From: Octopus bimaculoides | Taxonomy: Eukaryota | Reading direction: 5' to 3' | Length of the DNA: 64,000 nt | Assembly (NCBI RefSeq): GCF_001194135.2 | Contig: NC_068984.1 | Span: 98,819,538-98,883,537 of the forward strand | Shown: positions 25,708-39,150 of the stretch, piece by piece | Layout of the letters: each line of letters starts with the position of its first letter | Numbering within the stretch: the stretch's first letter is position 1 | Notes under the pieces: model-generated | The model's database searches: none | Seen by the model: the letters and a program-made list of their open reading frames with translations, nothing else | Told to the model about the DNA's origin: nothing | Made by a program: the position numbers and the translations under genes

Positions 25708-26298
25708 NNNNNNNNNNNNNNNNNNNNNNNNNNNNNNNNNNNNNNNNNNNNNNNNNNNNNNNNNNNNNNNNNNNNNNNNNNNNNNNNNNNNNNNNNNNNN
25801 NNNNNNNNNNNNNNNNNNNNNNNNNNNNNNNNNNNNNNNNNNNNNNNNNNNNNNNNNNNNNNNNNNNNNNNNNNNNNNNNNNNNNNNNNNNNNNNNNNNN
25901 NNNNNNNNNNNNNNNNNNNNNNNNNNNNNNNNNNNNNNNNNNNNNNNNNNNNNNNNNNNNNNNNNNNNNNNNNNNNNNNNNNNNNNNNNNNNNNNNNNNN
26001 NNNNNNNNNNNNNNNNNNNNNNNNNNNNNNNNNNNNNNNNNNNNNNNNNNNNNNNNNNNNNNNNNNNNNNNNNNNNNNNNNNNNNNNNNNNNNNNNNNNN
26101 NNNNNNNNNNNNNNNNNNNNNNNNNNNNNNNNNNNNNNNNNNNNNNNNNNNNNNNNNNNNNNNNNNNNNNNNNNNNNNNNNNNNNNNNNNNNNNNNNNNN
26201 NNNNNNNNNNNNNNNNNNNNNNNNNNNNNNNNNNNNNNNNNNNNNNNNNNNNNNNNNNNNNNNNNNNNNNNNNNNNNNNNNNNNNNNNNNNNNNNNNN
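25708..26298. other. Assembly gap (N run)
   Basis: Ns; further gaps at 41811-41910, 42392-42637, 43446-43455, 52000-52672 and 59211-59611. Confidence 1.
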
Positions 26299-26309
26299 TA
26301 TATATATAT

Positions 26310-27300
26310 ATATATATGGTTTCGGTGCGAATGGCTTTATTATACGGTGCCGTATTTTACAATCCTGTAAATAATAATAATGGTATTTTTATATAAGCTT
26401 AAAGCTTATGCTCTTCACCATGCAATGACTAACGGAAATAGTGTAATAACGGAGCACATAAGCCCTAATACCCTAACCCTGACCCTAAAACCGTAACACT
26501 AACACCCTAGTGAAAATCGTGGTATATTTATAAAACATTGACGAACATGAGTTATATTTTACTGAATGATTGTGTACTTGCACGTGTATGCGTTTGTGAG
26601 AGCGAGAGAGGAAGAGGTAGAGAGAGGGGGAGAAAGGAATAGAGGTAGTTAAAAGTTTTCTTATGATGAATTCTCTTCACTGCCTATTACTTCCTTAGAA
26701 ATCTACGGATGCACATACGCACATAATAGAGACAAATGAAACAGATATGGACGACTTGCTCCGAAACACCACCGAGTGGGAAACACTTCTCAAAAATAAC
26801 CTGCAGTTGTTTCCTTCAAAATTCCTACATGCTCGAAATGTACATACATCAAGGTATATTTGTAGAAAATTTCACGAAAAAATATTCATTTTCCTGGAAG
26901 TTAAGAGGAATTTAAGTGGAATTGTCCCCCACCTCCCTCCTAAAATACTTTCACCAAAAATTTTTGTATATTCGGAATCTACATAGTAAATAATATATGC
27001 ATAGAAAATTTCATTTACAAATATTCATTTTTCTGAAAGTTATGACCTTCCAAAGTCAGGGGGTACAACTCTGTAGTTATGCCACATTGACGAACATGAG
27101 TTATATTTTTGTGAATGACTGTGTTTACTTGCACGTGTATGCGTTTGAGAGAGCGAGAGAGGAAGAGGGGGAGAAAGGAATAGAGAATGGGAGCAATGTG
27201 TATGTTGTCACAGATCACGTATGTGTGGTTGTGTGTGTTTTTACATATCAATGTTATGAAAAGTAGGTAAAGAATACTGAGAGGAAAGTTTAATCTATGA
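26310..27300. repeat. Unclassified CpG-containing repeat with internal direct repeats and a degenerate telomere-like tract
   Basis: acattgacgaacatgagttatatt...gagagcgagagaggaagagg at ~26535-26620 and ~27085-27170; tagaaaatttca...aatattcattt at ~26860 and ~27002; ccctaataccctaaccctgaccctaaaaccgtaacactaacaccctag at 26463-26510. Confidence 0.6.
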
Positions 27301-27314
27301 CTTTGTATGTATCA

Positions 27315-27351
<37 letters not shown>

Positions 27352-27580
27352 TTTTACTCTTACTCTCTATATTATATGTTGAGCGCGTGTGTAAAAACAC
27401 TGTTCAAGGTAGAAGGGAAGAAATATAAAAGTTGCTAGAAACAACAGCCAAATCTTTAAATCACAAAATAAACGGAATTTAAAAAATCTAATTATTGCAC
27501 TGGAAAGTTCACATCGAGAAAATTCCATTGATGTAAAAATGTTTATGGAAAAGTGGAAAATGTGGATTTCTATAGATGCA

Positions 27581-27611
<31 letters not shown>

Positions 27612-28274
27612 AACTCAGCTATACTATAGTTATAGATATACAAAATATTTATTTTTATAAATATAATTATAAAAATAGTTTTAGAGCCATTTGGCATCTT
27701 CTAGCATGTCACATTACTTGGTAGTTGCCCTTATTATAATTTTATAATTGTATTTATAAAAATAAATACTATGTATTTATTTTTATTTAAATTGGTTTTC
27801 ACATGCTAGCTACTTGATATATATAAGTTTCTTCTTTTACTTGTTTCACTCATTAGACAGAGAGATTGCCTTGAAGAATTGTATATAGGATGTCAGATAG
27901 CAAAATCAAAGGAGCATCTGGTTAAACTATATTGTGCAGTTTAATTACATTACTTTGTGTTTTGAGTTCAAATTCCTCATAGGTTTACTTCACCTTTCAC
28001 TTTGGAAATAAAAAAAATATCTGCTTTTGACTCTTGAGCTGACATGATAATTTGATGCCCATCTGACCATTTTGTTCTACCCAAATGTTCCTCATTTTTC
28101 ACCTTACCAGCTGTACAAAATACACATTGGGTAGTGTAGTCCAATGTAGTCTATGCCTGTTATTCCAAAAGGAAAATGATGCTATGGTTACACTGGACAG
28201 AACAGGAGCTAAACAACACTCTCAGATATTCAAAACAACAAAAGCAATATCTGATCATAATATATGTGTATGTT

Positions 28275-28790
28275 TTTATTCAGTTTTATTTCAGGATTTC
28301 TTGCTAATAGAGAAAGAGTCGGTTTCTAAACTTATACCCAAGGTTCCTTTGTTGCAATTTATTGCATGTGTGTGTGCATATGTGCAATATTTGAAGTCGG
28401 GGCATGTGCAGGTTCATATGTTTTGTTTTATGTACGTTTTCTCATGCATAAAGTTACATATCTAGACAAAATTATATATACTTAAATGTTAAACTTCTGG
28501 TAAGTTTTATAAATTTTTACAGTTCCAGTGATGGCTTGGATCTGTAGTCTTCAAATCAGTTTTCTCCTTCTTAGTTTTGAGAAGCTTAATTTCTCAAGAT
28601 TGGTATTTAGGTAGTGTGTTACATATTCTACGGTTTCAATAATTACGGGTACCAACCTGAACTTGTAAATCTGGGTAGAGTAACTGTAGATTTCTCCATA
28701 GTTCAGCGTAGGTATTTTCTTTTTCAATGATCTTTAGCTTTATGTTAACATCTGCTGGGCAGCTGATGCATGTATGCATGTATGGATGGT
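28275..28790 (-). mobile_element. 3' end of an R4/Dong-like RLE non-LTR retrotransposon
   Basis: Homologous to 37135-37500 and 37900-38200 (gatttcttgc.aatagagaaaga..., ttttgagaagcttaatttctcaag, aacatctgctgggcagct). Confidence 0.8.
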
Positions 28791-29089
28791 TGGATGGATG
28801 GGTGGGTGGATGCATGTCTGTATTTCATTGTTTTGACAAGCATCTTATTATTATTTTCTATGATTTTGTTTTAATTCGCAGCAAATTTACCCCTGAGTAA
28901 AGAAAAGGGTAGAACCACCCCACCAAATGTTTCTTCACCCAACCCCAGTGTTATTAAAACTAAGCTGCAGCTTGTAGATTTGGCTGGAAGTGAATGTGTT
29001 GGTGAGTAGTACAATGTATTTTTGAAATCATCATCATCATCAGTATCATTGTTATTGTTGTAAAGAATAAAATGTTTTGAATGGTACAA

Positions 29090-29960
29090 CAATGCACTGT
29101 AATATAAAAAATGGACTATATATTTGTTGTAATTTAGTTATCTATAGTCCGATGACATTTCGGAATACAATTCTTTCTTCAGATCTTCTTAGATGGAGTC
29201 TCTGCTATAAACTGCTTACTAACGGCTTTTCTTTGCTTTTTTTCCCCCGGAAGTGACATTGTAGTGGTCTCACGAAGCTTCTTCCGGAATTCCCCATGAG
29301 AAGTGTGTGAGGTCGGCTATGCTTCAATCTCGTGTGTGTTGGTACATCTGTAGCGCTGCTTCTAAGTTATGTGTTATACGTGCAGCTTCTCTTTTTTTTT
29401 TTTGTTATAAACAATACATGAGCATGTTATTAAGAATGAACCTACACACGTCCAGATGTAGCTAAATAATATATTGATTACCAATCTCCAGCCTGTTGTT
29501 AATTTGGGATCCTAGTCTGTGTATGAGTAAAGCTTCCTTAATTCTTAAATTACCCAAATTTCTTTCATTCGCCTCAATTGTGACTGTTATGCTCTTGTCC
29601 GTGTTCCGGCATCTGTCTAGATGTTTTCTGAAGGAGGAGGCTCTCGTGTTCAGATGTTCTTTGATGTGGATGTGTAACGGTCTTGTTCTACCCACATAAA
29701 ACTTGTTGCATTTGTTACGTTGTATTCTATACACAAAATTTACCCGTTGGCATAAATCTGTGTCACGGATGGGACAATTTATTAATATGCATTGATTGTT
29801 GTCCCTTATTCCTTTCCTTGAGAGGTGTTCTCTCAGAGAGGGGCCGGAGTGGGCTAGTTGTATGTCTAGCCCTTCTCTTCTTATGGCTGTTCGGATGGCT
29901 GTAGTTATCCTCTCGCTAAAATGTTATTATACTTCCAATTGGAAGGCTAGAACATCGGTG
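29090..29960 (-). mobile_element. 5'-truncated Penelope-like element (family A): GIY-YIG domain plus pseudo-LTR
   Basis: ORF 29462-29734 MYRIQRNKCNKFYVGRTRPLHIHIKEHL...LRIKEALLIHRLGSQINNR shows the YxI-C-C-FYVG...HL...EAL.I..L...IN GIY-YIG signature; tail 29090-29460 matches both arms at 44.8-45.8 kb. Confidence 0.9.
29151..29185 (-). ncRNA. Minimal hammerhead ribozyme (family A copy)
   Basis: GAU-CUGAAGA-A-AGAAU[UGU]AUUCC-GAAA-UGUC^-AUC; GUC triplet; palindromic ACGU-type stem III with one C>T change. Confidence 0.6.
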
Positions 29961-30099
29961 GAAGCTTGACAGGTATATCAAAACTACTGTTTTCATTGAT
30001 ATTATTGTTTAAAAGGGAACATAAGACAATAATCCTTTCCCCCAGAAAAAAAAAACTAAATAATACTTGGGCACAAGGTCCAAATATAAGTATTTGCAA

Positions 30100-33000
30100 A
30101 TGTTATTTGTGAAATATTTACACATTCGCAAGCGAAAAATGGCGTGGAGGGACGTTACTTTCTAATGCAAGACAAACCAGTTTGTGACAGCAGGAAATGC
30201 CATGAAAATGTAAATTTCACTGACACAAGTAACAATTACGGGGATAAAACTGATAATGAATCTAAACGAACCACAGGCTCTATGGATAGCAATAAAATTA
30301 ACCACAAAGACCAAAGAAGTATTACGACAGAGAAAAATGACACAATGGAGTACACACACTCATTCGATAGTCGTATAGACAACACAAATGTAACTACCAA
30401 CTCCCCAAACGGAAATAATGTGGAAAATACCATGATAACTGATATCTACACAGAAAATAGCAACTCCAACAACACGGAGCAGAGAAGCTTAACAGAAAAC
30501 AATAACCGAATGAATAACAACAAAAACAACGATAATACAACCAATAACAACGTCAACTCTAGCAACAGAGGGGAGGGGTGTATTTGGGAGTAACAACAAT
30601 AGCAGTAGCAACATGAACGATTCCATCACCACCCTCAACAGCGATAGCAGAACAAGTACTTCAGCAGCAGCAACTGCGAAATGCCAACAAAAGTACTATG
30701 AGATGTTAGCCCTGGCCCACAAACTCATAAAAAGAGATAAAAACCTGGGTGAACCTTGCAATCTCAACTGAAGTGGAGGCAGAAATTGAGAAGAGGACAG
30801 TAAAGTATAGGTGCATCATGGTGCTGTCTTGGAGAGCAGAACTATTCCACCTTCAGGAGGAGACGGCACTGAGATCAGTCTGAGAGGATGTCGAATTCAG
30901 CCAAAGAGCCCCAAGTTTTGGTACCATTTCAGTCCTTAAAACTGACCAGCTTATAATGTACCCATCTTACATAGGAAGAGAACAATAAAAGTTTGAATCC
31001 CTGGAATAACACCAAGTATCAACAAACAAAACAAACATGCAGAAAAAGATAAACATACAAACACGAATTCACTTCCACACAGAGAGGAGGAGGTTGCAAC
31101 AGACATTGGTTCTAACACATTGAAAAGTGATGATGAGGAGGAACAGTGTAAATAAAAAAAAAACGAAAAGAAATCACAAGGGCAAGACATCTTGCCCTGC
31201 ACCAAAACAAGATAACAAAGAAACTACACACACACTCACAACAAACGCAGGCACTCAGACAATCAATAACTAAAGCACCACAAGCACCAAAAACCACTGC
31301 AGACAGAAAAAAATCCCAAAAGTAAACTCACACCACAAACGCAACAAGAACAGCAAAACACAACGACATAAGCAGCTAACTTTGCGTTAGTAAGAAGAGC
31401 CGACAAAAAACTGATGGTCCTCTTATCATGAAGGGAAGACACTGAAACAGGTGTGGTGGGGTGGGAAATCTTCTTTGATTAGCACGTGCAGCAGGCTAAA
31501 GGACTTAATGATGGTGAGGATGGATTTGAACACTCTCCAAACAATTAAGGATGCCTTTCCAGACGATGTGGGGTTCCCTCGAGTAAATACCAATGCAAAG
31601 TTTCTGCAAGTGTTCCCAAAGGAGCCCAACGAAGAAATGGAGGCGGGACCACCCAATTTCCAATAGCACCAGGAGGGTAAGTAACACTCCTTGTCTTTCT
31701 TTCCTTCTTTTTAGGCCAATATGGCAGTACTAAGATTTGGTTGCATAAATGTAAGTGGCCCGGGGTCATCCTTGAAGCAAGGTCACTCGCTCAATGACTT
31801 TAAGTGGCTGAATATGGATATAATAGCCATCAGTGAGAACATGATTCCGGACACGTGCACCTTAGCACCCATTTTTGACGATTTTTGGATCTTTGCATCT
31901 CTTGGCCGACCAGGAATGGGGTGGGGTGGCAGTATTGCTCAGAAAAGGCCTAGATCTCGAGACACAGTTGGTCTTCCTGGACCTGGAAGGTATGTCAGTG
32001 GTCCTGGACATGAATGATAATGAAGGCAGTGTTTTTAGACTGGTCACTGTGTATGCTCCTCCTGGATTGGGGCAGTTAGTTTTTTCAGATGTTTGGAGGT
32101 TTTTCTAGGGATGTCTCACTGTGATAGTGTCAGACACCTTGGAAATCGAGATGGTTGGCACTACCCTAAGGGAATATGGAGCAGTGATTAACCAGAAGTC
32201 AGTGGGCTTGCAGCTCATCACCTGGAGAGGCTGATCCTTGCCGACCAACAGCATTGTGGAGTGCTGGACAGAAGGACCAGTTAAGTTGCTTGAAGCCTGG
32301 TTTGGTCCAGACCTCCAAGTAGACAAGAACTGGGGTGAGGTGACAGACAAGGTAGCCAGTCTCATCCAGAAATGGGCCAAGAGGAAGCTGCCCCTGAAAG
32401 GTCTGGCAGAGGTGGCAAATGCGTACATCACATCCATCATGTACTACCGCCTGACTCATCCTTGCCCTGCTTCATGACTGAATGGGCTGGCGCGCTTGCT
32501 CTTCTGCTTCTTATGAAAAGGATAGGTACCATTTGTCAGATGGTCCATTTGCTGTCAGCACCCATTGTGTAGAGAACTGGGCATGCCATGGCTGATGATG
32601 TGCAGACATGCACTGAGACTGCGACATCTCCAGCAATAACTTAATGGTGAGCAGGTGTGATTGCCATTTGTTGGACTTGCCTTTCTGCAACTCGTCTCCT
32701 TAATGGGGCAACAGTCCTTGATCAAGCATAGACCAAGGAAGGTTGCTTGACATCTAGAGTGTCTTCAAGTACTCACAGCTCTTGGCCAGTCAGGCAATGC
32801 AGTCAGTAGAAGTTCTACCTTGAAGTTTTATTGGGGATTAGCGGAGGGCAAGAGTGACAACATTTTTGGAGAGGTTCGGGCATCGGGAGTGATCAACTGG
32901 CTGGTCTCTTCCGGTAGACTTTTGGGCTGGGGCCTATGGATAACTTCCAGAAATCCCTGGTCTAGCAGAGCTATTGGGGTCTCTTCTGGTTCATGATAAG

Positions 33001-33690
33001 CCCTATAGGCATAGGTGTGCAGTCAGACAGGCTTGTCTGAGATGCACACGGAGTGATGAAACCATTCTGCATGCTCTCGTACAGTGTCCGACTTGTGGAG
33101 CTTCGTCAAACGGTTATTGTCATGTGTAAGACAGATCCAGCTATCGTCCAAGTACATCATGAAGATTGCCCCACCTCCTTCCTTTGACCAGGAAGGACAG
33201 GCAGTTTTTGTCTGTCTGGTGGCTATAGCGAAAGAGGTTGTGTTGTGGACGCGATTGAAAGGGTTGAAGATGGGTACCTTCCTCTTTGGCCAAGGCCTCA
33301 TTGACTTTTTCAGCTTCCACCTGAAAAGGGAAGTGAGGCAGGAGAGGGAGGCGCTGTCACCCAGTAAGTTTGTTGAAAGGTGGGTGAATGTGGCAAGAAT
33401 GGCTCGTGTGAGACTCTAAGTATCTGCCTGTAAGCTGGATGGAATGCAGAGGAGAAGGGTGCCTTTGGTGTTAGGGGGTCCAAAGTGTGTGAGGTTTCTT
33501 TGGTCACCTCTTGGTGGAACTCTCTGCTATTGGGGAAGTACATTGTTGTTTTAATATCCTTGTAATTGTTTTTTGTGTTTTTTTTTTACTGTTTATACAT
33601 TTACCCCCACTGTCCATCATCTGTGTAATGTCCTTTGTTTTGTGTTTGGACCTGGTAGTCTATAAAGAAAGTATTATTATTATTATTATT
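30100..33690 (+). mobile_element. Decayed Tx1/L1-clade LINE with large ORF2 deletion
   Basis: N/T-rich ORF1 remnants from 30138. ORF2 starts MAVLRFGCINVSG...DIIAISE (APE N-terminus), then jumps to the post-RT region GPVKLLEAWFGPDL...WAKRKLPLKG.AEVANAYI and the C-terminus VALWTR...LIDFFSFHLKR.VR.ER...FVERW. Ends aaagaaag(tat)n. Confidence 0.85.
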
Positions 33691-33849
33691 ATTGAGTGAG
33701 AGAATAGAGCATGCCATCAAAGTGACCTTGGGGTACAAATATACAAAGCACAAAATACCCAACATGACTACTTGTCTGATAAGGGAACACCAAGCACATG
33801 CATCACAGCCATATGTGTGCAACATGATAACCACATATTAAGATTAACA

Positions 33850-34560
33850 CACTCAGAAAAATGCTTAGCAGCATTTCAGCCATTTTTACGTCCTGAGTGC
33901 AAATTCCACCATGGTCAAAATTACCTTTTATCCTTTTAGGGGTTGATAAAATAAGTACCAGTTGAACACTGGGGTTGATATAATCAATTTATGCCCTCCC
34001 CAAAATTGCTGGCCTTGTGCCAAAATTTGAAAGCATTATGTTACAAATCATTATTATTAAAGAAGTTATTAAAAATGATTATGAAAAATAATGATAATAA
34101 TTGACGTTAAATGTTGTGGACAGGCAAAATCAGTAGAGCTTCATATATAATGCATTATGGTATTTAGTTACATCCCTTTACATTCTGAGTCCATCTGTCC
34201 ATTAAATATGATTCTCTTAATTCCCCTGAGTCAGGCATCATTATTAAATGGATGATTCAATTTGTAGAACATCGGGTTGAATACCTAACATTATTTAGTT
34301 TCATATCTTGATGTTTTGAGTTCAAATCACACTAGTTAAACTATCAGAAAAACAACACGGTTTATATAAGTTGAAAAGAGGGAATGATAAGCAAAAGACT
34401 CATGAACCTGTTCCATCAGTTTAAAAACTGTAATTACTATTATTACTATTAAAGTTAGTGGACCAAACAATCAGTAAACCAGTGAACAAAACTGCTTTGT
34501 GGTGTTTAGTTAAATCCCTTTACATTCTGAGTTCAAATCCTGTAAGTAGTCTTGTTGCAT
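33850..34560 (+). mobile_element. Cluster of tRNA-derived SINEs (family S2): one near-complete plus 2-3 older heads
   Basis: 33850-34045 aaatgcttagc...ctgagt.caaattcc...ccttt.atcctttt.ggggttgataaaataagtaccag...ggccttgtgccaaaatttgaaa; B-box-like ctgagttcaaatc repeated at ~34185, ~34318 and ~34528. Confidence 0.7.
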
Positions 34561-35325
34561 TTTTCTCTTTTTTTCTTTCTTTCATTCATCTTCATGTTTA
34601 TATCTGCTATCAAATCTTGTTGCATTTATATGTTTTCTTTGTAACATTCCTACATTTACTCCCAGATATAAGTTTTCAATATCTTTACAAAAGAAATTTC
34701 ATATCATTCCATTTCTGCCATTTTTGAAACAAAAATCAAAGACACATTTCTTACATGCCACAATGATTTTCAATTCAATTCTTTAGTCAATGTAATTCTT
34801 CAGTATCATACCTTACCATCTTTCTGAACAAAAGTATTGCAGCCTCTACCATTATTGCTATGACAATTATGAAGACGCTATTGTCAATTTTGATCATACA
34901 AAATTATCTAAGCTTCCTTGTGAAAGAATTTCCGATCATGCTGTGTGTTAAGTTTTCATGAGACAGGATCTTTATCATCTGTGTTTCTTATGACCAATGG
35001 AAGTTTTTGTCATTGATCTTAAAATGCAGTAACTGGACAGATAAATGAGTATATCAGAATGTGTGTGTGTGTGTGCATGTGTGTGTAAGATGTAAAACAT
35101 ACACACACACTCTCTCACACACATGCACATTGATCTTTCATCTTCCCCTCTCCCTCCCCACACTGGACCACCAAATTATCTCTTCTAATGCACTATGCTT
35201 ACCTCTGTTTCTCACTTTCCCCTGCAGCCTACCTTATCACTTGTCATTTCACTCTTGTCTTCCCCATGTCAGCTGCATCATCATTACCATCTTGTTGCTG
35301 CTTTTTCTCTCTCTCTATCTATCTA

Positions 35326-35327
<2 letters not shown>

Positions 35328-35391
<64 letters not shown>

Positions 35392-35425
35392 CGTCCGATC
35401 ATCCATCCATCCATCTCTCTCTCTC
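35328..35425. repeat. (TCTG)n/(CCAT)n/(CT)n compound microsatellite
   Basis: Direct reading. Confidence 0.95.
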
Positions 35426-36116
35426 TCTCTCACTCCTTCATACTCTCTTCTTTTAAACCTCTATCTATTGTCTTCTACATCTACTCCTACCCAATCTTTA
35501 CAGATGTTGCCTACTTCTCCCCAATTTCTCTTATCTCTAGCCCATCTCCCATACAATCTTGCAAAATCCCCACCAACTCACACTCCTAGTTTTTCTGTCC
35601 CCACTCACTTCAACTCAACTCATACCTTGAAGTCCCACCTGGACACCTCATCACCCATATTTTTTCCTTTGCAGTTCTTCAATGTGAGTTGCCATGAAAA
35701 GAAAAATAGGAGTAATGAGGTGTCCAGGTAGCAATGGGAGCTCCTCTACAATAAACATATGCTTCCACCCACCTGCTTCTCACACATCTTAATTCTCATC
35801 TACTAGCATATAGCTTCCCATCCTTGGGTTTCATAGTCATGTGGGCTACTTGATGACTTCCCTAGCATTGGTGACCCAACAAAAGCACCCCTTGTAAGTA
35901 GTGGCTGTTGGGAAGGACATACAGGCATAGAAATCATATCAAAGCAGACATTAGAGCACAATGCAGCACTTGGACACAAATATTTAAAAAATAATGCTGG
36001 TGGCCTAAGCAAAGCACCTAGTACACTCTGTAAAGAGCATGCAGGCATAGTGACTATATATATACTAATAATAATAATAAAAAATGGAGATAATTGTTCC
36101 AATTATTATTGATTAC

Positions 36117-36154
<38 letters not shown>

Positions 36155-36732
36155 CACATCATCATCATGAGTTTAACGTCCACTTTTCTATGCTCACATG
36201 GGTCAGACAGAGTTTTATTAAAGTTAGTATTTTACGTCTGGATGCCCTTCCTGTTGCCAACCCTCACTTGTCTCCAGGCAAGGTAGTATTTTCCATGGAC
36301 AATTAGAGATGATGGATAACACTTGAATGGTGGTGCTACACACTGGAACTGAACCCAAAGTCATGTGACTGGAAGCATACAACTTACCACACAGCATGGT
36401 TTCTATGTCTGGATGCCCCTTCCTAATGTCAACCTCTGCACATAATGTACTAGATGCTTTTTATGTGGCACTAGTTCCAGTATCAATTCTGCTATGGCAG
36501 ATAGGTCTTCTTGAGTACATCAATGCACTAGATATCTCAGTCCTTAGTCATCCCCTTTGTAGGTTTGAGAACACTAAAGGTCTTTAGTCTTGCTTCCAGC
36601 CATATAGACTGTCACAAAACAGAGACAATAGGGCATGATACTGACTTGCTAGATCTTGTCAAACCATCCAACACATACTAGCATGGAAAGTAGATGTAAA
36701 ATAATGATAATGATATGCATACATACATAACA

Positions 36733-36778
<46 letters not shown>

Positions 36779-37052
36779 AGTAAAAATAAATACAAAAAAA
36801 GGTGGATTTTTTTGTATGATTGTGTATAGAGGAATATATTATTTTGCTTAAAAGAGTTCCAACACTGTCTGTTTTTTATGTTTTATTTATATTCCTGCAG
36901 AACTAATGTGGGGTATAGAATATGGAATATACAATATATAATATAATATACAATATATAATATAAAATAAAATAAAAATGGATGGCACCATGAATTAAAG
37001 TATTGAATGTAGATGAAATATTGAGTGTTCAATATAAAGGATCAAATATATA

Positions 37053-37083
<31 letters not shown>

Positions 37084-37134
37084 GTATATGTATGTATACA
37101 TTTATGTGTGTGTGTATATATATATATATTAATC

Positions 37135-39150
37135 ATTTTTATTTCAAGATTTCTTGCCAATAGAGAAAGAATTAGTTTCTAACCTAGATCCAAAGCTCCT
37201 TCATTGGAATTTCAATATCAACAGGGTATTTTTGTATGTATATGTACAGATTTGTATGTTTTCTCTTGCATGTCTAAACATGCTCATATATATTTAAATG
37301 CTAAACTTCTGGAAAGTTTAACAGATTTTTACATTTCCAGTGATGGACTGGATTTGGAGTCATTGAATTAGCTTTCTCCTTTCTGGTTTTGAGAAGCCTA
37401 ATTTCTCAAGGTTGGTATTATCCCAGGGCCCCAATAATTACAGGTATAAACGTAAACTTGTAATCTGGATAGAGTAACCATAGATTTATCAATAGTTCAG
37501 CATATGTATTTTCTTTTTCTCCTGATCTTCAACTCTATGTTAACATGCACTGGGGAGCTGATTTCTACAACTGTACAGAGTTTCTCTTCTCTATCCCAAA
37601 TTACTATGTCAGGTTTATTATGCTTACAATTTATTGAGGCTTTCACTGGGATATTCCACAAGTACTCCTTTTTTATTATGAGTGGATATGACTTCTACCA
37701 TACTGTAAGTTCTTATTTCTTTGTCCTCAGGGTTATCCTTCTGATGGATCACATTATACAATGTCCTAGCTACAATATCATATCTCATCGGTACATAATA
37801 CTGTGATGGCATTTTCGGACAAATGTATGTATGTGTGTGTGCATGCAGATTTATATGTTTTATGTATGTATTCTCATGCATATAGTTACATATCTAGACA
37901 TGCTCATATATATTTAAATAATAAACTTCTGGAAAGTGTTACAGATTTTTACTGTTCTAGTGATGGATTGGATCTGTATTCTTCAAATTAGCTTTCTCCT
38001 TTCTGGTTTTGAGAAGCTTAATTTCTCAAGATTGGTATTTAGGCAGTGTGTTACATATTCCAGGGCCCCAGTAATTACAGGTATAAACCTGAACTTGTAA
38101 TCTGGATAGAGTAACTGCAGATTTCTCAATAGCTTAGCATAGGTGTCCTCTTTTTCACTGATCTTCAGCTTTATGTTAACATCTGCTGGGCAGCTAATTT
38201 CCACAACTGTGCACAGTTTCTCTTCTCTATCCCAAATCATTATATCAGATCTGCTGTGCTGACATTTTATTGAGGTCTTCACTGGTATATTCCACCACTA
38301 TTCCTTTTCATTATGAATGGCTATGGTTTCTTCCATATTATGGGTTTTTATTTCTTTGTCCTCAGGATTAACCTTCCAACGGATTTCATTATAGAGTGTC
38401 CTAGCTACGTCATCTCTTGTCAGTAGATAATACCATTATGACATTTTCGGACAACTGCTTATGATGTGGGTGATATCTTCAGTGTGAACTCCACAAAGTC
38501 TGCATCGGTTGTCACATTTTATGGCTTTTCCCGCATCTCTATCCCTTTTGTGCATCAGGTACTTGGTTGATATTTCCTGCTCCTGGATTGCAAATGCATA
38601 CCCTTCAAAGTTGGGGGTAGTAATCTGGGTAATCGTCCTTGATAAACTGCTTTGATGATCGATGTTACTATCATCATGGAGATTTCTACAAACATATCCA
38701 TGCATAGTCTTCTGCTCATATAGGCTCATCCTTTCATCTGATGATACGTTGCGGTAGAGTCGTGCAACTTCTTTGGGCATGTATTTTAGGTTATCAGACA
38801 CAGAGTGTTGCTCAAAGAGCTGCCTTCCAAGTCTTATGATGTTATCAGCCTCATATATGCAAACTTGGTCAAGGGATGCTTTATGGTTAAAAGATGTTGC
38901 TGAAGAGATATGATGTAACATTTAAAGGCATTTTGGATCGATGTTAAGCCTTTGCCGCTTTGTTTACATTTTAGGTAGGGGCAGTCTATGTCACTGTTTA
39001 TGTGGAAATTATATGTGCTTGTTAGTATTTTTCGGGTTTTCACATCAATGGCTCAGATTTCATCAAGCGTCCAATCAAGCAGCTCAAATATTGGTATGAA
39101 TACTGACACTGCAAACACATAGTGGGCCATTGTTTTATTGAATGCAGAGA
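37135..39150 (-). mobile_element. Two head-to-tail R4/Dong-like RLE retrotransposon 3' segments (37135-37815; 37816-39150)
   Basis: ORF 38436-38921 has the CCHC knuckle CRLCGVHTEDITHIISSC. ORF 37983-38282 has the RLE motif RSDIMIWDREEKLCTVVEISCPAD.N...EK...Y. ORF 38834-39043 has the YL.CKQSGKGL RT C-terminal motif. Confidence 0.9.

Noticed and set aside
25703-26374. Long ORFs at 25703, 42350/42371, 51890-52747 and 59123-59634
   Set aside because: They consist of N-gap translation (X); only 59139-59756 has real piggyBac residues on both sides.
35638-35729. ~95-nt hairpin (cctggacacctcatc... / ...aatgaggtgtccagg)
   Set aside because: Short local foldback inside pyrimidine-rich repeat debris; no further support for function.
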